DNA of 64,000 bases. Source: Chlorokybus atmophyticus (lineage: Eukaryota; Plantae; Mesostigma and Chlorokybus algae). Under the pieces are notes generated by a model. It was given only the letters and a program-made list of their open reading frames with translations. It had not been told where the DNA came from and ran no database searches. Location: positions 1,225,932 through 1,289,931 of the forward strand of contig RHPI01002090.1 of the NCBI GenBank assembly GCA_009103225.1. Reading direction: 5' to 3'. This document shows, piece after piece, positions 1-13,502 of the stretch (its first letter is position 1; each line of letters opens with the position of its first letter). The translations under genes and the position numbers were made by a program.

Positions 1-98
1 ATATACAAGATCAATATCGCGTTGGCATGGTTCTGCATTGGCATGGCTCTTGAAATGGCATAGCAACGCTTTGATCAAGGAAATCATATGATACATGC

Positions 99-650
99 AT
101 GGAACTGGTTGGACGGTGCAAAGCGTTGCCTAAAGCAGCATGCCACTCTTCAGCTTCCTCAATTGATGACCTGCGGCACGCCATACCCAACCGTGTGGAA
201 CTTCACAAGGTATTTCAGGTTTGGCAAAGCTCAACAGCAACCGTGGTTACAGTGCTGGAGTCACCACTCGTGAATTACATTGCAAGGCAAGGAAACACAT
301 CAACAACCAAGCCTGGTAAGAAAACATGACACAACAACCAGCAAGCTTGGTTCATTACGCAGCAACCCGGTACACTACTACGTTGGTGCTCAACAACAAG
401 CATGCAGCAAAATTACACAGCAACGTAATGGCAAAGTTGAGCCTGCCTTGGGCCGCCTTTCAGCCAACGAATGCTGCCTTGACGCAATGAGTTGCAGCTT
501 CATAGCAGCAGCAACTATTGGTTGGCTGGCTCGGCTAAGCCTCAGCGTGCACTGCTGCTTGCAAAATGGGCGCAGTTATCCAAAGGGCGTTTGCCGCAGC
601 GCTGTACATTTCTATAACAACAATAGACACCGTGATTAGGAGACGGTATG
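99..650 (+). pseudogene. Possible decayed spliced gene fragment, unknown product
   Basis: Protein-like frame TRYTTTLVLNNKHAAKLHSNVMAKLSLPWAAFQPTNAALTQ*VAAS*QQQLLVGWLG*ASA...IRRR, bounded by an AG acceptor (~353) and a CG|GTATGT donor (~645); stops are TGA/TAG/TAA. No family recognised. Confidence 0.3.
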
Positions 651-834
651 TGAGCGAGGCGTTCAGGGCGTGCAGACGGTCTCAGCCTGTTGTCGCTAAC
701 ATACTGACGCATGCTGGTTGCCCGTAAGCAATTTCGCGATGTCGATCTGATGCAATGCACTGCTGTCGGCGTTGCCTTGGTTGTGTCACCGGTGGACACC
801 AAAGCATGGGCACATTCCCGCATGCAGCTACCAA

Positions 835-1147
835 ATGCTGCTGTCTTTTACAACTTCAGGTGCCAATGTTCCTTGGGTTGTTACCGCTTGCACAGTGTTA
901 CAGTGATAACAATGTTCAAACCAGGTGGGGAACCATCCTGAAGGCCGGAGCATGCACAACACTTGCGGTCACATCACTCCTTTTGCTAATATTGCATTGG
1001 GCTTAAAGAAAAGCCGCTGTCTGCTGGCAACCTGGGGTCACTGCTAAAGAACTACTGTTCCTCGGTTGTTATCGCTTGCACAATGTTAGAGTGATCACAA
1101 TGAAGGAACTAGGTGGGGAACCATATTGAAGGCCTGAGCAAGCACAT
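835..1147. repeat. Diverged ~190-bp tandem repeat, left part
   Basis: ggttgttaccgcttgcacagtgttacagtgataacaatg...ggtggggaaccatcctgaaggccggagcatgcaca (~875-960) recurs as ggttgttatcgcttgcacaatgttagagtgatcacaatg...ggtggggaaccatattgaaggcctgagcaagcaca (~1064-1146). Confidence 0.85.
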
Positions 1148-2681
<1,534 letters not shown>

Positions 2682-2790
2682 ACGCACACTTGCAGTCACA
2701 TCACTCCTTCTGCTAGTATTGCATTGGGTTAAAAACCGCTGTCTGCTGGCAACATGTGGTCACTGCTACAGCTATTCCGGAACAACTATG
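2682..2790. repeat. Continuation of the ~190-bp repeat unit right of the TIR element
   Basis: cacttgcagtcacatcactccttctgctagtattgcattggg...ccgctgtctgctggcaac matches ~960-1031 cacttgcggtcacatcactccttttgctaatattgcattggg...ccgctgtctgctggcaac. Confidence 0.85.
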
Positions 2791-2978
2791 CTTTTTGTTT
2801 GCTTCGCGAGTGACAGCTTTGTGCTTCCAGCACGTGTAGTTGTGGGAAGTGTGTTCGTGGCAGGCAACATTGCTGCTTGTGCTGTGTCTCTGCGCCATCA
2901 CAACAAGCTGTTTCGTGCGCAACTGGTAGCACTATCGGTCCGCAGCCGAGTTCGTCAGCATTGTATGGACATGTGCAG

Positions 2979-4754
2979 GCCCTTGACATCTTTTTCATTG
3001 AAACGATTTGTGGTCGTGCCTGAGACCTGGCTTTGCGGTTGACAGAGAAGGGGCTGGAGATGTAGAGACGTTCGAGTCAAGGTGAGTTGTATTGCTCACG
3101 CACAGGTCGTAAAAGGTACACCTCGCAACTATTATATCTACGCTATACCGCCGTGGTGCTATCTGTCATCAGTGCATGGGTCATATCTTGCAGCTTCAGT
3201 AGTGGCAAGGTCGTGGCTTTCATCACGTTGCTGGTGCATTCGAGCAAATCCAAATATGCATGTACCCAGCTGAGCAAAGGGGGATCTTTATCGTGAACCG
3301 ATGTTGTGCAATCATTGCACAAAAGTTTTGTCGCACCACGTGGCAGGCAGTTACAGATTCGTACAATATTGTATTGCAATAGCGAAAGCAGCGGTATGTG
3401 CCTTGCATCAACAACTGCGCATTAACAATCGCAGTTGCGCTAATGTGCTGGTGACCAAGTGACATACGCCTGATGCAGTGCCACTGTAAAGCACATGCGC
3501 AAGGCGTTTCAATGATGTTTCGTTCCGCTATTCAAATGACCATTGAACAAAAATGCAAAGCAGATTGATGACAGTTGAGCCAGGAACGCACTATTAAGAC
3601 CATCAAGAGGTGGCAAAAGTTCTCTAGCAAAGCTTCGCTTGCAATTTTGCAGTCCAGATGCTAGTTTGCAACACTTGTTCCGCGCGAAAGAAACGGGTTG
3701 GCAGTGCATGTGTGATGCTGTCTATGATGCTAGGCGGTCTTTTCACCATGGCAGGTGTCGTGTGCAAAATTTGACTACTACGTGCCAGTTTTGACTCAAC
3801 AACCTGTGAGAGCATATGCAGCCAAATCTTATAAGTCACGGTGCATGGTAGCCTGCATTGCTATGCATCTGTCACCCATCAAAACTCAACGAGTCTGTTG
3901 ATTGCTGGCACGGTCAGTATCAAGCTAAAGAAATGGCTATAAAATTACCCTTGGTGCAACATGCACCACCCTCAACGGTGGGGCAGCGTCAGAAGGTCTA
4001 ATAGTTTGCTGTGTTGCATGATGAGTATCAAAGAAAACATCTTTGAAGCGCATAGTTGCCATTGCGACTGCCAGCAGCCAGCAACCTTTCGCAATGGTTT
4101 TTGCAGCAAAGCAACTTGCTTTGAACAATAGGACAAAGGCAGATGTGCAGCAGCGTTAGCCAGAGCAACAGCTGGAAGCACGGTAAGTAGCTCAGGCGTG
4201 ACATGATGTGAGTGCACGTGCCAGAGATGAAGAGGGATGAGCGGAAGCCACAGCCAGGTCTTAAGGTACGATGCAGTTGCTTGTACCCTCCACACCACCC
4301 AAAAATTGGTGCGTCTTATGCTCTCTTGTAATCATAGTCTTATGATGCCACCAGTGGTGCATGAGTTGCAGGACTCCATCACGCAACCCACGTATGCAGC
4401 GACTGAAACGCATATGCAGGCAGTTGATTGCACCAAAATGGGCTCATGCCGTACATATGCGGTCGCAAGGAACTATCAGTTGCTGCTGATGAATCGATGC
4501 TTGGTTTCTGCGCTCTTGGTGTTAAGTTGGGAAGAAGGCGTCTCGCTACTTCAAAATCGCATGGCTTTGGACCGACCTTCGTTATAGTCACATGGGTGGG
4601 TGACGGCACAACCATTCGCGCTCCAGCAATGGCTTCAACGGCCGACACCACACTCAACGCGTGGGGCTTGCCCAGCTATGTAACGAGCTCGGAGCTGGCT
4701 TTTTGCTACATGGCGAATGTCATGCCGCTATGCGCCTCAAGCGCCTCAGACTAA
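2979..4754 (+). pseudogene. Decayed multi-exon gene of unknown family
   Basis: Mostly phase-consistent GT-AG exons give ALDIFFIETICGRA*DLALRLTEKGLEM*RRSSQ / GRKRYTSQLLYLRYTA / LQ*WQGRGFHHVAGAFEQ... / ATVKHMRKAFQ*CFVPLFK*PLNK... / ...KELSVAADESMLGF...; every stop is TGA, TAG or TAA. Confidence 0.5.
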
Positions 4755-5602
4755 GTATGTTGTTGAAGCTATGCTAGAAAACACACATACATGGGGGTGT
4801 GGCATTAGTCACATGTGTGTTGAAGTTTCATTCAAAGCCATGCAATTTAGAAGAAGTCAAACGCTTGAACCTCAACGATGAATTGTAGACTTCGGCACAC
4901 TGTTGAACATTGTTAATTTGCTATGAGTAATTGTTTGATTCCTGTCCATTGCAATAATTGGAACCGGGATACCAAGCATGCAATTGGATTGCAAAGCGTC
5001 CATTTTAAGCCACGAGAGCAAGCATGCAATACACTTCGTAATTGATGGTAGTTATGCGATGTTGAAGTACCTTGCCTGTGGTGTTGCCTTGTGCAATCAT
5101 TGCACCATGTATGAACATCCCCTTATGCAACATCATGTGGGAGCTGTTGATGACGGGGTTGGTCATGAAAACATTGGCAATGAGTCGTAAAGGAAGGCTG
5201 GCCCGTTGTGATAACATACGTGCAAGATGTCTACCACAATGCCCTCGGAATGTGGGTGGGCGGCATCCGCGACACCTGCATGTGCCATCAATTATACAGG
5301 TTGGTCGATGTTGAAGTCGTGGTCGGTCGTGCTGACAGACCAACATGGCTAATGAACAACAGGCGACGCTGATACGATGCGTCTTTCAAGGCGGCCAACT
5401 AACCTCTGCTTGACTGCGCACTTCTATAGTACAACCATAAGCATGCACAGACGGGATGTGCTACTCGATCTTACTAGAATGGGATGCTTACATGTGCAGG
5501 GCTTGCTGTCAATGTACATGCTCTGCTGCACCAGAAACCTGCCAGTGTACACCAAAGTAACACCTTATTGTTCCGTTTCGCCTACTGCTTGTGCCGACAA
5601 GT

Positions 5603-8600
5603 CTAATGGTCATGGGCCTGGTGCTTGTTGGAGTTGACAACATAAGACCTGTAAGTTGTGCTGATCTCAGTGGCAGTCTTGCGAATGTTCTCAAAGGCGC
5701 CCTCTTGTCTAGCAACTTTCTGTACACTCCGGGATATTTTCCTCGCAAGCTTGGCGGCCAGTGCAGACCTTTGGCGCACCGACAACTTTGAAACCTGCCA
5801 ATGCCAACATTGTCAATTGTTGCTGTATTCCAGAAACATGTGACGCATCCATCTGTTTTGCGTACCTCATCTGTATCAAACGCTTCTAAGATGCCGCCCC
5901 CGCGCCGAGGGACCGCAAGCTCCCGCCAGTCCATCGGGTAAAAGCCAAACTCATTAGCTAGAGCCTGCACGGCGGTCGCATCAGGTTTCAATCGCAAATC
6001 ACACAACTGCTGGACCGCAACATTCAGCGTGCAAGCTGACAGAATGTGTTCTCCAAACAGCACCTGATGCAGTTGCGACCGCTGTGTGCCAATGACACCC
6101 TTGACTATCCCCCGATAATCCGCGCTAGCACCCTGTGAAACAATTGTGTTTCCTTGACGATCTACAAGCATCTGATCATGGACCGACATGCACACAACAT
6201 CAGCAACCTGCATGCCGTAGTACACACCTGACCGTGGATTTCTACAGTCGGGACACCGCGAGCCGCCTGGTCACTCAGAGCTTGTTATCAAGATGTCAAG
6301 CGCATGGCATCTCAAGACTTAAATACTGTGCAATAGCGTTTGCAGGTCGTGACGTATCAATCAGATGAAATACCTGAGCTGATATCCAATCAAGGTAATC
6401 GTCCCATTGCATAGTGGGAGCATCCCGATCGGGCCGCAGGACCCGCCAGCCGCTGGTGGAAAGCTGGGTCGTGACACGATTTGCCACCTGTGACAGCATC
6501 ACCAATGTCATAACGATATATCAAATGCCGTCAACAGCAACTACTCGGCTACAATGGTTGGAAAGGATCCCATGCATTGCTGATCTGCAATAACAAAAAG
6601 TGTATTGAGGGTCATCAGGAGCCGCTGACCTCCATGTTGAAGTTTCGCTCGCCTGGAGCACCAGTGTCATCCTCTGGGTCAATCCAGTGGCCGGGCACAA
6701 TGGCGACCATGTTGCGGGTGGCTTTGGTTCCGGCGGTTGCCATAATGTCCACATCATGGTACTCTTTGGCTTGTAACCTGAGAGCCTTGGCCGTGCGAAA
6801 CGTGCTGCCAGATCTGATCAAGTCCAACTTAAGGTCATGAGGGACTACCTCTCCTTCTAGTGTTGGCCTGCGCCCTGAGTAAGCAGTATACCCAAAATTT
6901 GATACATTATACTTGTAAGTGTTGTGATGCAGCGAACACTTCATGCATGTGAGAAGGCTTTCAGTCCCAATGACAATAAAGCCAGCACGAAGATGAATAA
7001 TGACCTGCAACAACTGGCAGCTCAATGTGGCCTCCGAACACTGCTGTCGTTCTGCGATCCACAGGGATGGGCTTTTCAAACTGCGACACCAGCTTCGGGT
7101 TGCCGGAGTTTCTGTACACGCGAAAGAACTCAACGGGCTGCCAGTCCACCTCCACCGAGAACAACGGTTTGTGGGCGTTGTCTCTGCTGATCTGCCACGA
7201 GCCGCGGAGCGTGATGCCCACCGGGCCAACGCGAACAACGCGCTTGATGGACACAACGGGGACAGGTAACAACTCCAGAACGGGCCGCACACCTGGTATG
7301 ATATAATGTTGGGTACCATGCACATGTTGATGATGTATGTAACCTGTACAGATAAAACAGGCATACCTATGTCCCCCATGCCCACCATGCGTTCAAACTT
7401 GATGCGTACTGAAGGATGAAAGCTTACTCCGCCCACACTAACAGTGCCAGCACCAGAACCGACAGCCACGTTCCCAAACGGTTTTGTCACAAACAGCGCG
7501 TTAGAATCTGTGTCATGGTGGTTTGTACTATGGCTGTTCCCGTTTAGAAGCAAATCGGAATCATGCTTGTCGCCCCCTCGCCAGTCCCGGAACGACGGGA
7601 ATCGCATGGATGCCATGCCGCCCACCTGCAAAGACACAGGGAGAAACGGCCATCGCCATGTACCGTTGGAATCTGCGGCCATGGCGTCATGAGTGCAGGC
7701 TGATGGCAGAGGACAGGTATGCATGCGTGCATGAAGTTTTGTACTTACTCAGGCCCAGTGCTTGAGGCAGCGACCACGATCTTCGCACGGTTAGCTGCGG
7801 TTGTGCGGGAGCCGTGACACCTTCTCGGCATCTGGCTGTCACCTTCCAGCGATACGCCTATACGCACAGAGGTGTCATACAAGCATGTTTCCAGGAGCAC
7901 TGTTCTGCTTAAACAGAACTGCAACGTTATTGCCACGAGTCAAGGCAAGCCCTTCCATGCATGCCACAACTGCGATACACGAGAGTCGAGATAAACATGG
8001 CTTGATAACGCAGGCATCGTAATGACGTTGACCACGAGCAACGTGTGGCAAGGGCTGTCATACACGAACACAGAGCACAGAGCACTTGCATGTGAAGAGA
8101 GCATGCATGGGCATCATGAAAAGAAGGACATCATGTCCGTCATACAGAGTGCGCAACGTACAGTGGCTGATGCAGGTGCTCATTGCAAGGTGGTGCAACT
8201 CATACAAGCATAGTTCACTGTAGACATCTGCTTAAGCAGCACACAAGCAGCCGAGCTCGCACGTCCCATGCACTTGACACCGTTCTGCATTGCAATGGGA
8301 AAGCTCTCAAGGCGGGAAGCAACAAAGCATAAAGAAGTTGTCACAAAAGAAGCAACCCCAACCAGCAAACAACGCAAGCAATCACGGCGATTGGTCTCGC
8401 TGTTGTAGTCTCTCACCCTGGGAGGCCCGTAGCCAATCTTCCTGTCGTTCTCGGCCTCAGGCTCGAGTCCTCTGCAGCGCACGCCAACGCAGAAGCCCTC
8501 GTCGTCGTAGCCGTCCCAGTGGGGGTCCCAGTTGCTGCGCTCCCGCTGCGCCATGCCCCTGTGCCCATGCCCGTGGGAGTGGCTGTGCCCGTGACTGTGC

Positions 8601-8611
8601 CCATGCTGCAT
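5603..8611 (-). CDS. His-rich N-terminus + beta-strand-rich domain + N-acetylmuramoyl-L-alanine amidase (Amidase_3-like) domain
   Basis: Phase-consistent GT-AG exons 8611-8417, 7625-7367, 7292-7005, 6874-6630, 6487-6374, 6266-6228, 6132 (or 6171)-6064, 6009-5866, 5785-5603. Motifs MVAIVPGH...DTGAPGERNFNMEVANRVTTQLSTSGWRVLR, VEIH and PRRGGGILE match the Amidase_3 H/E/H/E pattern. Confidence 0.75.
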
Positions 8612-8898
8612 TGGTGTTTGATCTAGCTAACTGATGAGCTGTGGTGCGCACAAGTCAGCTGTCACATCACCACCAAGCTCCACTTCAGCTGACGCCTCCG
8701 TTCACCAATGCCGCCCATGCATACACTACAGCATCAAAAGTGCCCCAGCTTTAGGGTTTTGTGTCGCTTCTGCGCGCGTGCTTATATTTGAATTTGAATG
8801 TTTTACCGGACGGTCCAGCTGGCGGAAGCGGAGGTTCAGGCAGGTTGGCAAGGGCTCCACATCGACGCCAACAGGAACAAGCAAAGACGAGGCTGGTC

Positions 8899-10262
8899 AT
8901 GGAGTCGCCTTTGCGGGTGATAGAACAGCAGCTGCAATGTTCTGTTTGGTGAGTGCTACCATTGCTCGCGTGCGCGGCCTGCTCTGCCTGCTTACTGGCC
9001 CTTAATCCGCGGACAGCTGATGTTGTTATGTTGCTGTTGTTTGCGTCGATTGCTTATGTTGCGGCTTACTTGACTTTCCGGAGTGGCTGATTGCTTGCCT
9101 CCTGCCTTAGCGCGCAACTGCTGGATGACCCGCAGTCGCTGCCCTGCGCGCACAACTTCTGCAGGTTCGTACTACACCGACCAGTCGTATACGTTCAGAG
9201 CTTTTCAGCATGCGATCCTCTTCAACATGTCGTACAGGTGTGCAGTTGCATTCACAGCTGCATTGACCAAGTCCCTTGCGCCAGGCATTGCATATTCACT
9301 GCGCTTCAATCAAGGTCCCAGTGTCCTCAGTGCATGCTGCCAGTCTGGCCGAAAGACGTTTGCAAAAACCCCACTTTGGCGAACATTGTCCAAGCATACA
9401 GCTCACTGCGCGCAACTTCTGCTCGCAACTGTAAGCACAACAGCGCGCACAGGTTCACACGCTTATTTGTGTAGGGAATTACTGCAAGTTACTGCAAGTG
9501 TGCTGTAGCGTGCATGCTCACTAGCTTATTGGTGTGTCTGTTTGCAGCAAGACACAAACAGAGTGGTTCAAGATCCCCTGAAAAGACACATGTACAGAAT
9601 CAACGCAGTGTCAATGCGCATGCTGCGGAACCCTTGTCAGTGTCAAGCCAGGAAAGGATGAGGCCAAGCCTGCAGTTGCAACCTGCAGCTGGTAGGATAG
9701 CAGTGTCCTCTCCCCAGCAGCCGTTGCACCAAAGCAGTCCAAAGGCCGAAGCGAGCAATGAATGGCACCGTGACACCCTTGTTGAAGAGTCTGCTCCAGG
9801 CCCTTCCAACCAGGTGCATGTCAGACAGCGGTGTGCAGCATTGCATAACGGCATGTGCTGATGTGTCAAGTGCAGGGATGGCCGCCAAGTGAGAGTGTTG
9901 CTGAGCAGAGAGCTGCACAAGAGGTTGACAGGCTACTAGCGGTTGAGGTAATGTGCCAATGACATTTGCAATGCTTGCCAACCTCAGCAGCGGCACTGGC
10001 CTTGATGGAGTGTTGCATTGCAGCATTTGACAGTACCGTCAAGCATTGTTTGTACTCTGCAGAGCTCGGAGGTGCGAAGGTTGATCAAGTTGATGTCTGA
10101 AGCAGATGCCATATTGATTCGACACGGCATAGGTAACCAACACAGCTCTCAATTTTGCATGCGATACGCCTATGTCTGTGTCTGATTCATGCACTGTTTG
10201 CAGATCCGTCATTGTCTAGCTTGCAGCGCCTTCTGCAAGGCGCTGCTCCCCTTCATTGCTGA
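8899..10262 (+). CDS. N-terminal C3HC4 RING-finger protein (BRCA1/BARD1-like RING); 3' end uncertain
   Basis: Spliced MESPLRVIEQQLQCSVC-AQLLDDPQSLPCAHNFCR-HCIFTALQSRSQCPQCMLPVWPKDVCKNPTLANIVQAY; further exons at ~9548-9813, ~9875-9946, 10062-10131 and 10204 onward reach TGA 10260-10262. No BRCT seen. Confidence 0.75.
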
Positions 10263-12631
10263 TGCACTGCACTACCAGAGTGTGCACATGTAACTCCCTC
10301 AAGCGGAGCTGGCAGCCATACGCATTTACTCGCAGAGGCACGACTATCTGGCCAGTCTGAGACACGTCCACATGCTCCGTCACTGTCTTTCAGGGACAGG
10401 GGCACCATGGTTGCAAAGTCCCCCCCNNNNNNNNNNNNNNNNNNNNNNNNNNNNNNNNNNNNNNNNNNNNNNNNNNNNNNNNNNNNNNNNNNNNNNNNNN
10501 NNNNNNNNNNNNNNNNNNNNNNNNNNNNNNNNNNNNNNNNNNNNNNNNNNNNNNNNNNNNNNNNNNNNNNNNNNNNNNNNNNNNNNNNNNNNNNNNNNNN
10601 NNNNNNNNNNNNNNNNNNNNNNNNNNNNNNNNNNNNNNNNNNNNNNNNNNNNNNNNNNNNNNNNNNNNNNNNNNNNNNNNNNNNNNNNNNNNNNNNNNNN
10701 NNNNNNNNNNNNNNNNNNNNNNNNNNNNNNNNNNNNNNNNNNNNNNNNNNNNNNNNNNNNNNNNNNNNNNNNNNNNNNNNNNNNNNNNNNNNNNNNNNNN
10801 NNNNNNNNNNNNNNNNCCCGGCGCGTCCACCCTGTGCGCGCGGGGAAGTGGAGGCACTGTCAACACCACAAAGGCTCACGTGGGCCTGGTTGGTTGATTG
10901 GTTGGTTGGTTGGTTGGATATGTGAATATATTGGGTTGTACCAAGGTGTGTGCACTGCCATGCACAGTTGTTGTCTTTGTTGTCGAGCAGCAGTATGACA
11001 AGCCCGTCTTACATAGCTCCAAACGTCTTACATATCTGTGCATGTGGTAAGCCACATCAGCCCGAGCACATCTGTCTCCTACCCCACCCCACTCACTCTA
11101 GTCTCACTAGTAAATTGCTTTGTTTGGGGCCATGGCAAATGGGCAACACGACAGCTATAAACACATGTGTAGCAGCAGTCGTTGGGGTAGCGACAGCACA
11201 CGATACCCGCAAGGGAGGGAGCACTAGATTGCTAGTCCTACACCCCTCGGGACATGTGTATTGTGTGTCATTGATCTTTTGAACCATTCCTCCTCCTTCG
11301 ACTATTCAATGTTGATGTTGGTCAAGTAGAGAGAGAGAGAGAGAGCGGAGAGAGAGAGAGAGAGAGATAGCTCTCAACCTGATAGTCCCCCCGCCGCGCG
11401 CTGTTAAAATATAATGTTAATGTTATAGCTGCTTTGCATGCTTTTTAAGGAGTCCAACGCGAGTGTCATCAATTGTTTTGTTCAAAATCAACACATACAA
11501 ATATTTGCACACCAGAGGGCTTGCAGAGAGCTTAATGCAGTGCAGAATATGGATTGTGGTGTGTTTAACAGCAAAGGTTTTGCGTACCGTGTCATACGCA
11601 ATGTCGTCGATGGTGTAAAAAAGGTCACCAAACACTATAATGTTTATGTTAACACTCACAATTAGTATTGTTGGTCTCCAAGTCCCAATAGCATGCAACG
11701 CAACACTGGATGTAACACCTAATCAAACATGTGCTCAAACCCAACCCATATTAGCTTGGTCTACTGGTGTTGTCTTGTGCTTGCCTGTTGTAATGGTTGC
11801 TTGCTTTGTGGGCCACAACTTGTGGTCCCTCCATTGCTCCATTGCTCGGATATGATTGTTATCATGTTCGCTGCCATGTCGTCACAATCACTGCGTCGAA
11901 TGTGTGACGTCACACATCGTGACGACACGCAAGTGCGTTACGCCATGCGCATGTCACGTTCGTCATACGGTGCAACGCATGATTATTCGACTTTTCATTT
12001 GCTCGTCTTCTTTTGTGACAGTTACATACACCGTGCTGAGGCGGAGACGAGGGCGGAGTGGGCGGGTAAGAGGTGGGACTGAGGAGGTGGGAGGGGACTC
12101 CTTGAAGGCGAGCGGAAGAGGACGAGCCGTGTGCTGTTGTGAACGCTGACTACCACTTCACCATTTAGGTGTTACAGGCTGTAACTTACAGCAGCAGGTT
12201 GCTTAGTGTGCTGCTTGCACACTTTCGGTCAGCCCTGCTGTTTTGCCGTTGCCCGGGAGGGGAGGACTAACGCTGCTGAGTTAGGGCACCCTGGTGCTCG
12301 AACGAGTTGAGGTAAGCTAGCGGAGAAGACTGTTCGTGTAAATGTCAGTAATAGAGTGAGTGAGTCAGTCAGTCAGTGAGCTCGTCTGTTGGTTGTTTGG
12401 AGTCTGAAGGAAGAATCTTGATGCTTCACAGCCACACACAGCAGCGATGTATTGTTGCAAAAGCGTTCGAACTTCAGCCACCTACGTCAACACCCGCCAC
12501 ACAGTAGTACTAAAATTCGCATACACATCAAGCTGCACGTTTTGTGCCTTTACTCGAAGCTCTTTGTTGCTGAAGTACTCACCTTTGTCAAGCCAATGCC
12601 ATTGCAATTGCTGCACCATTTTTTTACTTCT

Positions 12632-12771
<140 letters not shown>

Positions 12772-13003
12772 GCGCGCTTTTGAGCAACGAACTAGGCAAC
12801 GCAATCAGTGACTGCTGCAAACACTTCATGTAGCATTAACAACGGTGATGAGAACAGTCACAACAGTTGCAAGTGCTGCTTGTGCATGCAGGGCGCAACA
12901 GGCGCCACCGTAGTAGAGGAGCTGTAGGCTGGCCGTGTATTGGACACAGCTGCGAGGCAACCTATCATATAACAAGAAGCTGACACACACAAGCGGTCAA
13001 GAG

Positions 13004-13471
13004 ATGACGGGACAGTATCCAATATACACGGTGGAGGGGCTGGAACCTGAGGTAAGCACTGTGCACGAGGCGGCGGAGGCGGGAGATGTGAAGCTGATGC
13101 AGAAGCTGATGGGGGGCGGGAAGGCGGGAGGCAACTTCGACCCCAACACGCGCGACCGCCACGGCCGCACGCCCATCGTCTGGGCCGCAGAGGCCGGCCA
13201 CATCGATGCCGTCGAGCTTCTCATTCGCATGGGCGCTAATGTTGATGCTGCGGACATGCACACCAACAGGTGAGAGGAGTCACGCAGTGCTGTGAGGGTG
13301 TCGGGCTGTTCAGGGGTTGTGACACTCACTCACATGCTTTCATTATGTTATACAGGACAGCAATGCACTGGGCTGCGCGCGCTGGGCACTTGGAGATTGT
13401 GCGTATCCTTCTTTGTTCATGAATTGCTCTTGCAATGCTGCTTACTGTGTGCGCAACACATTCTATGTCAT

Positions 13472-13502
<31 letters not shown>

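Noticed and set aside
4428-4754. KELSVAADESMLGF...SKSHGFG resembles the first catalytic motif of piggyBac transposases
   Set aside because: The other two catalytic Asp motifs are not found at the right spacing, and no TTAA-flanked termini were seen; kept only as part of an unknown pseudogene.
11423-12150. Minus-strand frame interrupted only by TGA stops (possible recoding or RT fragment)
   Set aside because: The translation has no recognisable motif; TGA excess is expected from CpG decay.
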